NCBI GenBank assembly: GCA_036172245.1
Contig: JAYWIR010000013.1
Span: 3,472,001 to 3,536,000, forward strand
Reading direction: 5' to 3'
Length of the DNA stretch: 64,000 bases
Source of the DNA: Raillietiella orientalis
Lineage: Eukaryota
Shown: positions 38,901 through 50,900 of the stretch, piece after piece
Layout: every line of letters starts with the position of its first letter
Numbering within the stretch: the stretch's first letter is position 1
Notes under the pieces: generated by a model
Database searches by the model: none
Told to the model about the DNA's origin: nothing
Seen by the model: only the letters and a program-made list of their open reading frames with translations
Translations under genes and position numbers: made by a program

Positions 38901-41900
38901 TCCTTGAGATCATTGTTTCAAACAGTTTGGCATGCAACAGATTTCAAAGTTATTGGATGATAAAATAAGCACTTTAACAATGCAGTAAAAACATATCTTA
39001 CCAATATACAAAACTCCAGTAAGGTCTAAATCATTTTCATTGGCCTTATATTTCATTGCATTCACAGTATCATCCACAATGAGCAAATACTGATGCAAAG
39101 ATTGTTGTTCGATTGAGACAGAATGCCATTTGTTATCATTCACACTTTGGATCATTCTATCTTGAATTATGGTTGTCTCATTCCCATAATTAAATAAATA
39201 ACGAATATGACCATTAAATATCTCTACAGCAATGAATTCTTGACCTTTTCCACTATTGAAAAGAATCAACCCATTTGCCTCAACTGTCTTTACTTGAAAA
39301 TGAATGCTGATGCTATAGGAGGATTTAAGCTGGGGAAGCTCCAAATGAGCATCTGTTGATTTGAAAGAAACAGGATTCAGAATAGTTTGCAGTTCTTTTC
39401 TCAGAATTTTGGCAGTGTTTGTTACTTCCGGTGCATAATAACCCCAAACAGATTTTTCAAAAAGATGCTGATTGTTAAATATCAACTGTTGCATAACTCC
39501 TATGAACCCTGGGCTTCCATGCACTGAATTGGTCACCAGCTGCAGATCATGCTCTTTTGAAACACCACCAACGTATAGCACATCCATTTCCATTGTCATT
39601 TCAGTTGCATTTACATCAACTTAAAAAAATACAAAGAATAAAATTGATTTAATCTTTTTAATACTTCTGCTTAGAACAGGAATCTCTTGATCAACACTCA
39701 GTTGTATATTCTGGCCTTTACGAAGAACTGTAACAGTATGCCAATGCTGATTGTTCAACTCTTGGCCGCAGAAGAGTACCTTACAAAAGTAACAGATATT
39801 CATTTACCAGTGTATGCTTACTTGTTCTTTAGTTCCCAATCGTGCTTCCATTCTAACTCTGCCCATCAGCAAATTAAGCTGAAAATGATGAGATGAAGAT
39901 TTGGCAGAGATTGTCAACAGAAGAGCAGATTGCTGAGAAGTACGAAAACGAAGAGATAGACTTTCGGCTTGAGATAAAAATCTTCCAACAAAGGAGTTGC
40001 TGAAATACTGACTTCCATCAAATCTTAGGGTGGTCGCTTCTGAAACCAAATGAGATTTAGAATGCATCGGAACGCATTCCATGGTACTAATCTACCTCTT
40101 TCACAGATAGGTCCTGTAAATCCTGTGGAAGCACAATCACAAATGAAATGATTCCAACTTTCCACGCATCTGCCTCCATTCAGGCAAGCACACTGGGATG
40201 ATACAACATGGCACGTGGTGCGAATGAAAGCTTTACTAATCAAATAAATCATCATTCACAACATCTGTCTAATTCACCTTCATTCTGACGTCGTGCATAA
40301 CTGGCTAGCTCTACCAGGTTTCCGTTTACAACAAAATCTCTTATGCACCCAACAAACCCCTGCCTGAGGCTGGCGGTCCATATTTCTGGAGGGATAGTCC
40401 GATTCACACGATCATAAGCTAAGCCCCCAACGAAAAGGATTCCATCCAAATCTAAGGAGCTGCAGTCACCTGAAAGAGTGCGATTTACTTGTCTGCTGCA
40501 ACTTTCCCGGCTGGTTTTGGAGCAGCCGGGCGGGAAGCCGACGGGATCCTTACCCGGCACCAGAAAGTCGGAGACCCTCCCGTCAACGGTCAAACGGCCT
40601 GTATTCCCATTTCTCGATAGAGATATTTGATGCCAGTGGCTGTCGTTAACCTGACGTACCGATCCTCTGATTTTCAACGGCTCGAGTCCCAGGCTCAGAT
40701 GCAAATACAGGTAGCCATCGATGATTTCAAAGGCAATGAAATCAGACTATGAAAACGCTGAGCGATTCCCCGGTCGCATTGTGCTTACTTCGAAAGCTTT
40801 CCCGTTATTGTACAAGAGGAACCCGTTTTCTTCTTTGGTGCGTATTTTGAAAGATAATGATCCCGTTAGCGGTGATCTCCAAGGTGGTAGCATCTGAAAT
40901 GAAAGCTGTGCATGAAAGAATAGAGGTGGAAGAATGCGTAATTTGGTTTAACGGTCGGCTGTTCTAAACGTTTCGCTGGAGAAAACGTTTATGCCGTGCT
41001 GCTGCAATTTTACGGATCGTCATACGGGCAAAGAATACAGGTTGTTGCACATTATCTTTTTTTTCCTGCAGTTCCCGCGAAATCACCGGAATTTCCATTC
41101 AGCTCAAGATTTCGAAGTCATTTTGGGTCCATGGGATCCCCGTCCTGGAGCCGACAGCTCCCGGGTAACAGTTTTCTGAAGAGTGGCAACCAGTTGGCAT
41201 CGCGCTCTTCGTCCACGTTTCTTCGGGACTTTCCCCAAAGTTGACATTTCCGCATGATCGGTCTCGGAGGGACCGAAACCGTTCCCGGAGGGTTCCCGGG
41301 GGTGGGGGCACGGCCGGGCGCGCCCCAGCCCGGAGGGAAGACGACGGGGGAGGGCCGAGCAGCGGAGCTTCGAGGGAACCGGGACAAGGGAGAGGCGCAG
41401 GCTCCGCTCGCATGTCATGTTGAGGAACGTGACCTCGGAATTGCTGCTCTGACGCACGATTGCCATTTTCTCCATCATGACTTGAAAACGTACATGTGCC
41501 ATTGCCCCTTTGAGTGAAAATTCAGCTCTGTGAAATTCGCGGATGTTGAATTGCTTTATTCGTGCATGCACGACTGACGGAAGACTGCTTGTTTTGAAAG
41601 ACCGCGTTTTCGTTCTCGCTCCTGAGCAGCATTCCGTGTCTGCACGAAAAGACGAACTCTTCACGCATTCGGAAACTTTGGTAGTTTCTCGTTTTCGTTG
41701 ACTGACGCAGAACGTCACATTCGGTGAACTTCCGAGGGAAATAATTTTTTTCAGAGAAAGGAGTATGCAATCGATCAGCTGTCTGAACTCCACGTTTACT
41801 GACATTTATCAAGTAATGAAGAGACACTAAAGTAAACAGTGAGACACGTCGTGGACCTCCCGTGGATATAAAACCAACTTTCGACCAGGTATTGGCTGTC

Positions 41901-44900
41901 TCCATTTCCTTGAAGAATAACCGAGAAGAATCTCGACGAGAAACACAAATACCAAATAAAAATAGTTTTGACAACTCGCCTGTCAAAAAGGATGGCGAGT
42001 TTCCTACTACGATAGGGGAAACGGAAAGTCACCCAAAAACCAAGGCTGCCGTTCCTGTCCCTATGCATCGAGACATCGATTTCGTAATTGTATTCATATT
42101 TTCTTTTCCTGTGTCTGCCGTTCCAAATCCAGATTTGAAAATGGAGGAAAGTACAGCACATGAGCAAGAAGAAAAAGGAAAGAATCGAAAAGAGAAAAAA
42201 GAAGCCTTCTCGTTTTTCGAAAACATTAACGGCTTTCAAGGAACTAAGAATTTCATAGTTTGCAATGATTACTGAGATACATACACACCTATCGGGAATC
42301 AACGGATGGAAACACAGACCACCCTAGCCGTGAGATCTGATCTTGGTTCACTTTAACTCACCAATGCAAAAGGCAAACATGGAAACAAGAGCTAGGTGAT
42401 GGGCTTACTACGTTTTCCTTTTTCGAACGATAAGTGAAATTGTTTGGCTCTTTTACAAAATGAAAGGCAACAACACCATCACTTCTTCACGTCTTCGTCG
42501 GAGAGTTCAGCTTTAACTTTCAACAGTACCACACGAATGCAACAGAGCACACGTACACTGCACGCTTCCATGTCGAAAGAAAAGAAAGCCAGATGAGAGT
42601 AGCAAGATGAATGGCAAAGAGTCTTATCAAGTGCATTTCTCAAATGCTTACCAAGAAAGAACTGGGCGTGATGAAACTGACCTCGCTCTTGGTTGGCATC
42701 CACTAAAATGGACATTCAATGAAATCTGGTCATGAAATGCACAGCGCCATTTGCTTAAAGCAGGTGTCAATCTACGCAAAAGCGTGCAAACTGCTCTCAG
42801 AGCCACAGTGTTACAGCCGGAAGTCCGGTTCAGTCCAGGGAAGCAGCATCTTGTGAAATGGAAAGGAAAATTTACAGAGAGAGACTTGGAAGGAAATGTG
42901 CAACAGCTTCGAGGATGAGGGTGGACGAGGAAAAGGGAATCATCGATTTCTTGGAACACTCTTCCAAAGGAACATTGTCTGGTCGAATGATCTGATCTCT
43001 CTGGGAAGAAAAAAAACTGGGAGAGACTTTCGATCTTGCTTGCAATGGCCATGATGCTTTCATTGAAACGAGCATTGCAAGAGGAAAGCGAAGATTTCAA
43101 ATCGCGCTTTCGATTTCCGGTCGGTAATGGGAGGATCCAGACATATGCTTTCCTACAAGTCATAGTATCCTCCCCAGCAATGCTTACCGAGTGAGACTCC
43201 CTCTTGTCGGTTTTCTCATGGCTCCTGATGGTCTTGCAGATGTAAGGAATGTTCCCATGAATGTTTATCAGCTTGTTTCTGGCTTTGGCCATCTCTATCA
43301 TATGCAGTGTCAGGGAGTCTGCTCGAAAGGTCACCTACGGGAAGACAGACAGAACGATCGTTATCAGTCCTAGTAGGTCCGTTTGATCCTTGCGTATGAT
43401 CGAGAAGAAAAGCAGCATGATTTCCTTTCACATTCTGCATTGCCTTCTGTGACACGCCCTATAGTGTTCCTGGGCAGTGTTTGTTCGCCCACCATACCAA
43501 GAGACGCTTTGAAAAAACCTCGGCGGAGATACGAGCTGCCGCTTCAAAGATACGACAACCTCGGTGTTTCTCAAATGCAATAGGGCGGGTCCGTATAAGT
43601 ACGAAGGAGTCTGAACACAAAAAAGGTGCTCCAGAACTTCCCACTAGCAAATTAGCAAGGAAGAATTTTATGTCCTTCATGTCCCTCGGAGATTCAAGGG
43701 TTGGTTCCCTTTCTCCACAGAGAAAGGAAGAAAAAAGAGAAAGAAATCACGAGAAGACGAGTGCATAGAAGGTAGATTTGAATCCTAAATATTCGTCCCT
43801 CCTCCCCTTCGGGAAAGATGCTCCCTTCGCACGCACTACGACATCCAGGTACCAAGGATGGGAGTGACAAGGATCTCCAATCTCTCTGTCTCTCACCAAG
43901 AGCAGTAAGAGGCCACGTACACCTGTTCTCGGAAATGGGAATCCTGTGAAGGCGTGGTCGTCGCTGGAGAAGCTCTTGTGCACTCCGTGGAAAAGTCACC
44001 AAAGGGATCTCGGCCCTACTGAGCCGGCGGAGCCGAAACAGAAGAGAGAAGAGGGGACAAGGAAAGTGGAGCAGAGAGTATTCTGTTGCTTCGCTTTGGT
44101 CATCCGAAGGAAAGGCATTTTTGAGCAAACGCCATCCAGAGAGTGACTGGAAGCCGGGTGAGGGAAGCAGCCTCGATCTCCCCAAAACCGAGGGGAGAGG
44201 ACTAGACTCAAGTCATCCGAGTGGGTGAGCGCAGGACGCATCTTAATCCTTCTCCAGGAAAGCGAGGGAGTGATCCTGGAAGCGCGTCTCCGATGGGTAA
44301 AACCTTCAGGATGGCCGAGAGCCTCGTGTTGATCCGGAGAGCGAACCACGGGAAAAACAGAAAAATGGGCGCCAGACCGGCTCATCGTTTCACTATGTGG
44401 AACGATGCGCCGCCTCCGACACTGGCCACAGTCCAGAGAGTGCTCGGGAAAGGCGACGATGCGACTGGTGATGCAGCAGCCGTCAAGCCGTCACCCGTGG
44501 TCGCGACGTCCGCAAACAGCAGCAAATGAGAGGGACTGTCCAACGGCAGGTGGTGGCTGCTGCGCGCATCTACCGCGCTAAGACGCGGGATGCCCTTTTT
44601 TTCCTTGATTCCCTGGGATCGCCGCTACTCCCGGGGGAAAAAAAAATTCCAAAAGTAAGGTGAGTACAGCAAAAAAACACAAAAAAAGGAAAGGAGGAAG
44701 CAAGCAGAAACCCCTTGGCAGGGCGCCCGGAGCCAGAAGTGGTTTCCAAATTCCTTGCGGGCCAAGTTCCTCGCGGCGACTGTTCCCAACGTGGCGCAAC
44801 GCGCGCATGGGCGCGTGACGCTTCCTGCCAACGAACCACAATTACCGATCCACTTCTCACCCAGTGCTGGCCTTCCCAGAGAGGACCAGAGATCGACCCG

Positions 44901-47900
44901 GATGCACTGTAGATGCATTGTACTTTCAGGCGCAGACATCGCCACCGGTCGTGCGAAGCATTTCCTAGGCGACCTCTCAACAGTGAGGCTGCTGTGCTTC
45001 ATCTCAGATGCGATAGTGGTTGCCAACAAGAGCAAAAGAAGAATCGCGGGGAAAGAAAAAAGGAATAAAGAAATACTAGGAATGAAGTGCTGCCAGAATA
45101 AGAGATGCAGAGCTGAAGGTGCAGAAGGAGACGAAAAAATGGTTGGATGAGGGGAATCCTCTCGTAAGCTGTAGCTCACGAAAACACAAGATGCAGTACC
45201 CAATCAGAAAGGGATACAGGCGATCCTCACGAGATAAGTGCTAATGGAAGTAGGGGTGCTGACAAAATGTGCTCTAGGCGCGACGTGCATCCAATTAGAA
45301 GAATGACGAAGGGGAAATACCAAAAGCACGAAGGGACAGCTTGAGTACCAACACATCTTTCGGAGCACCAGAGAGACAACAGTTGGATTGTAAAACGGAC
45401 TCCAGACTGCACCAGGTCTCCATAAGATAGAAAGAGACCTCCCTGAACACCTGAGCCACCTGAACCCTGTTTGTTATACAACAGATGTTGTACAAGTCTT
45501 TAAAACGGAAGCTCTTTCGTACGGTTGACGGTGACATCTCGATCATTCTGAACCGACTGCTCATAAATCACACACAATACACGGCAGTCTCAGAATCCAC
45601 ATGTTACCTACGGTTCTCCTGCTTTGTCTTTCGAGAATCTGCAAGCGCCAGAAGCGTTTCTGCACTCGGCTGATGCTCACAGGTGCCTTCCACCCGCTAA
45701 AGGTAGGGGATTCCGGAAAAGGGCGTACGGAGTGGCGCGCTAGACACAGTCGAATCGTCGTCGGACTTGTGCTGAATAGAAATACTCATCAGATAGAGGG
45801 CGCCTTCCCCGGTTGGAGCTGAGAACACTCTTTTTTTTTTCCTCACGATGAAGGGCGGATGCACACTCGGGGCACTCAGGAATAAGCCGCGTCTCCTGTA
45901 CGAATCCGCTGTGCGCAAGTTCACATCAGTTCACATCCCAAGCCCTGCTAGATTTTACAGCCAGCCCGTTTCAGGTCAGGAGTGAAATCTCCTCTTCTAG
46001 CAGTGGTTTTTTGTACGTCCTGGTTCCTCGGTGAAAAAAAATCTGGTGCGGGAGCATCGGTGTAGGTGAGCGCCAGGAAGGATCGGCAAGGCGGCCGACT
46101 CGGAGCGCATGGCAACGCCGGGAAGAAGATTCTCTCTTTGTAGATCACAGCGCGGATTGCAGCAGGGGGCAGATGGAAAATTACGCAGCTTCCTCTGTTT
46201 ATTCAGGGGTAACGGGTGATGGGCGACTTTCGTTATGCCGAGGCAGCCGAGACCTCGGGCAGAGAGCCTCGAGGTTCCACTGAGGAGCCCTCGTTTCTCA
46301 GCACAGGCGGCAGCTTTTTCTAGGTGAGTCTCCCTAATGCGGGCTGTGCCTTTCTCTGCTCCCGAAAAGCACCGTCCCGAGATCCCCTCCTAAGCGACCC
46401 GAGGAAGCGGCACCGAGGGTTTCACTCTTTCCTCCTATTGCTTTCGAATCATGGAACTTTCGAACTCTTCAACGTCAAGCAATAGTCCGGAGGGATCAAA
46501 AGATTTCGCTTCAGGTTTGCTCAAGGCATGCGCTCGCTCAGAGTACTCGCCAGAGTGGAACGCGCCCGCCGCTTTTGCGACAGGCAGCGTCCGTATTCTT
46601 CCCGGCTTCGACCAAAGTCTACCCGTTTCCCGATTCCCTCGTTTATCTTATTTCATTTTTTTGTACTATTCTATGGCTGGTATTCTTCTTTCTCCCTCCT
46701 CCCCCTCCCCTTTTCCTTTTTTTTTTTTGTGTTTTTTTTACCGATCTCAGCGTTCTACCATCCATTATCCACGAACCGGGAATGAACACTTCACCATGAT
46801 TCTGTCTTTTACGAAGAAAATGAAGGATGATCGCTTGACACTCTGTCATGGAATGGTCACATGTAAATGCCAATTGAACTGTTTCTAAGAATTCAAAATG
46901 GCTGTCTCCAAGAGTCTGTATGTTTGCATGAAAGTAGGGCGCGTGGGCGAACCTAATAATCTCAATTTATTATTCACGGGATCTTAGAACTTACTTCCCA
47001 TTTTTTCTAAAAAAAATAAAAGGAAAAGGAAAGAAGAAGATGCACACACAGTGAACATCTCGATCAAGTGTTGCCTCCTTTGCAGCAGCAGCATCAACAA
47101 CAGCTTTGCACCGATTCGCGGAAGAAGGGGTTCGCCTACCGCCAGTGTTTGCCAGGAAATGCAGCAAGCAGTTTCGAGTTTACCGAGCGGGTACTCCAGA
47201 AAAGGAAGCATCCGGAAAGAGCGTCGCAAAGTTTCTCGAGGGAACCCGTCAAGTTTCTGCGGGACTTTCGGGTCCTCCGAGATTGGATGCGAGGACCGCG
47301 CGGCAGACTAAAAGCGCCGCTGAAAATTCGACGATGCCCTCTGTGAGCAGCCGTCGATTCATTGGCAATGTGTTGCCATTCACGAGCAACAGTCATCCGG
47401 TGTCCATAAGCACGTACATTCAGCGCCAGGATTCCAACCGCAGACTGCGTCCTAAAAATCCCCTAGGTGCACGCAGTCTTGGAAGGGGAGGACTTTACGC
47501 GGGGGTGAGGTCGTACGCGCCGAGCGGCGATGAGTGGTGCGCTGCTTCCGGAAGCAGCGGTCGGAAGATTCGAAAACCTTTCCCTCCCCAACCAATCCCA
47601 GCATCGGTTTGGGAGGTCGTCCCGGACATTGTCGACATGCCTGAAGAGTCGGAGGGTTGCGGAAGCACCCCTCGGGCATTCAAGGGAACGTGCCGCGGGC
47701 AACGAAAGGGAGCGTGGGAGAACGAATTTCCACGCGTGCTACCAAGACACCGTCTGCCTGTCGTACGACAAGTGTACCAGTTTGTCAAAAGGAACGTAAG
47801 CATGGGAAGAAGCGCTTTCGCACGGTTCCACCTGACGAGTGGGGGGAAGGGGGAGGGCAACCTCGAACTCTATGAATCTGTAAGGTGGCAACGCTCACAC

Positions 47901-50900
47901 GGGAAACGGGAGCCCGTAGACACAACGTCGAGTAGCAGGATGTTTTGTCCGCGTCCACGAAGCAGCTGCTCTCTCTACTTCCTTCTTGAAAACGCGGGAA
48001 AAACGCTACTTGCGGACGAGTAATTTTCATGCCCTTTTTTTTCTTTTCATTTTTTACAGCTAAAAGGGATCCCGAGGGACCGACTCGAGCAGAGGGCCAC
48101 AGAAGGAAGCACTGTTTATCGCAAGAGACACGAAACAATCGCGAAAGTGAAAGTCGGGAGGCAGTCGCATCACGTGTGGCAGTGTAGCCGCAGGGTATTT
48201 TTTTTTTTTTTTATCGTTTTGGCATCCCCGAGTTCGTTCTATTCCCAGAGCTCCATCTAGCCTTTCCTTGGTCTTTGTTTGGCCAACGGCAGCAAACGTG
48301 CAGCCTCAGAGGGTGCTCACCTTTTTCATGCACCCTTCCAGGTTATCCACCTCTCGGAGTCCAGGCAACGCTGTCGTGTGCTCCCTGCCGCCCACGGACA
48401 TTCTGCGGGACGACAACACGGCAAACGGTCCCGCGGTGCTCCTGCTCTCTTTGAGAACGTCGTCCACGGTGATGGAGATCTGTGTGGGCAGCACATTGCA
48501 GATGAGAACAAGCAGGAGGAGCGCGCGCGCTTGCGCGGAAGCGCAGCAGAGTAAAGAGGAAAAAAAAGTGCCGCTGAAAATTCAACGGAGGCTGGGCGCG
48601 CCTTCGACACCCAGCAGATTTTCCAGCTGCTGGAGCACGCATCCCGCGTCCGGAAGGCTGATCGTTCGGAGTAGGTGCAAAGATCTTCCCACTTTTCTAC
48701 GTCTCCCCTCCTCCAGCAAAGTCTGCTGATTCAAAGAAAGCGAGTACATCCCGTCGGAATGGCACAGTGGATCTGTGCCGAGACCGCATCAGCCCCGCTG
48801 GCTCGTCGGTATCTTAGCAACGGATACACGCACAGGATCCGCGGGCTCACCCAAGAGCGTACCCAAGAGCTCACACATTCTGCGTGCCAACTCACTCTCG
48901 GATGGCTGATCTTTGCTCCGGAATCACACCCAGGAGAGGGAGGAGGGGGATCCATGGTGCAAAGCCAACTGTTATCGCAGGATGCTGGGCTGCAGCTGAA
49001 CGCGAGGACCGTTTAGAGGAAGATATGTTCCCCCCTTTACTGTCGTTGGCGCGCGCAAGTCTTCCTGGGACGCCGGCGGTATGAGAGACGTCATTCCCTA
49101 CCGGGTATAGCAACTGGCGTCGCACAAGCGGATGGCTGAATGTCGGAACGAGATGGGAGGAGGCATTGGGGAGGCAGGGAGACGGATAGGTCTGTAGGGA
49201 ATCCCCAATCGCAAGGAGAAAGATGCGCTTTACTCGTTTGCTTGTTTTCTCCGTTCTGAGTGGGACCGGATGCTCTTGGGAAAATCTCACACCGCGTGGG
49301 GCGCCACCCTCGCGGAGATAACGGCATGAAGAGGACAGATGAAGATGCGGACCGAAAAAGATCGTCACAAACAGGAAGCTTTCGGGAAGCGTTCGGGAGG
49401 TGTTGTTCTCCCGCGGGTGGCCGCGTAAAGGACGCAGCTAACGGTTGGCCCGCTGAATTCCGGAAAGGCCCGCGGGTGAAAATGAGCTGAGATCTCCTTC
49501 TGTTTGTGGCGGAACAGGACGATGACCAAAAACCAAGAAAACGCCTTCGGCGCGTCAGCTGCAGCAGCATCCCTACAGGGAGGAGGGAGGAACAAGAGAG
49601 CTAAGACAACGTCACCATTCGGTCAAGTCTTTCCGCCTCCGGTGCTTTTTTCCTCTTCACCACACCCCCAGTGAGATGTGGCTCGCGTGTTTTCTGACGG
49701 CCTCACTCCGACTAGCTGAGGATGAGGGCGTTTCGTGCAAGCCGCGTGCAGCGACGTTCCCATCAAATGGTCCCTCCTCCGGATGACGGCCTTTGGGGAC
49801 CCTCCTCTCTTTTTACTCTACCCCAGATCGCAGGGGTACCCATTTGGCAGCTCCTCCATCGTCTTCCTTTCCCTTCCCTTTCATCTTTTTCCGCTCCCAA
49901 GACATCTTCTTCTCCCCCCTCTTCAAATACACATACACACACGAAGCTTGCAAGAAAAAAAAGAATGCGCGCGCGTTTCCCTGGATACGTTTGGATCGAA
50001 AAGCTACGGCGGAGGGGGACTCTTCTCTTGTCTCATTCCACTCGAACGGGAACGGGTGCCGTTTTATCTCTCGGATACCAGCGGAGGCCGGACCATTTTA
50101 TGGAACGGGGGAGCCCATAGTTCCGAGAGAGGTTTGCCAAGGAAGCCGCTGCTGGGCAGGAGGCGCGCCTCTTCCTCGCCTCTTTGCTTCTTGGGATTCC
50201 AGGAGAGTGATGAGAGGAGGGAGGAAGCGCGACCACCTCTACGTCGTTCCCTTCGCGGCGCAAAAGGTCGCGCGAGTCATTCGGATGACCCTCGACCACA
50301 ACAGCAAAACGATGGGCAAGAGGAGGAAGCTGGATATGACTTACGTGGCAGAAGCTCATCCTCCGGGTTATCTGGAAAAGACAACATGGAGCCTCCCTCT
50401 TTCCCTTCCACCTCGGAGACGTTACCTCTCTCACCTTCCTGCTAACGTGCACCTTGTGCCACATGTCGTCGTGGAAGGGAGTGCCGTCCGGCTTCACAAT
50501 CGTCTCCATGGTTCTCGATCCCAGACTCAGAGTCATCACCACGCTTCCATTCCACACCGCCAGGACCAGGGAGTCTTGCCCGTCGTCTTTGGAAGGCAAA
50601 CACGGGATGAAAGAAATGAGGCAATACGGCTTTGCACGCTGACGCAGAACAAACGCTCTTGGGAAAACAGTGATATGGGACCGACGCCTCCTTGCACGTG
50701 CGCTGGGAGTCAAGGAGACGCATCCTCCTCCTCTCGAGCTTACTTTCGCTATCTCCAGAAGCAGATCCGTCGTGGTTGGAGCCCTCTCGGCTAGCGTATT
50801 CCTCATCCTCCCCCTTTCCCCCATTCTTCGTTCCCCGCGCGCACCTCTTCCAAGCTGTCCCATCCTCACGGGGGAACGACCCGCCCCTCCACGCCGGACT

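Noticed and set aside
49706..49714. Possible 9-nt microexon (LVG) in neurexin intron 5
   Set aside because: Splice-like flanks only; such matches arise easily by chance.
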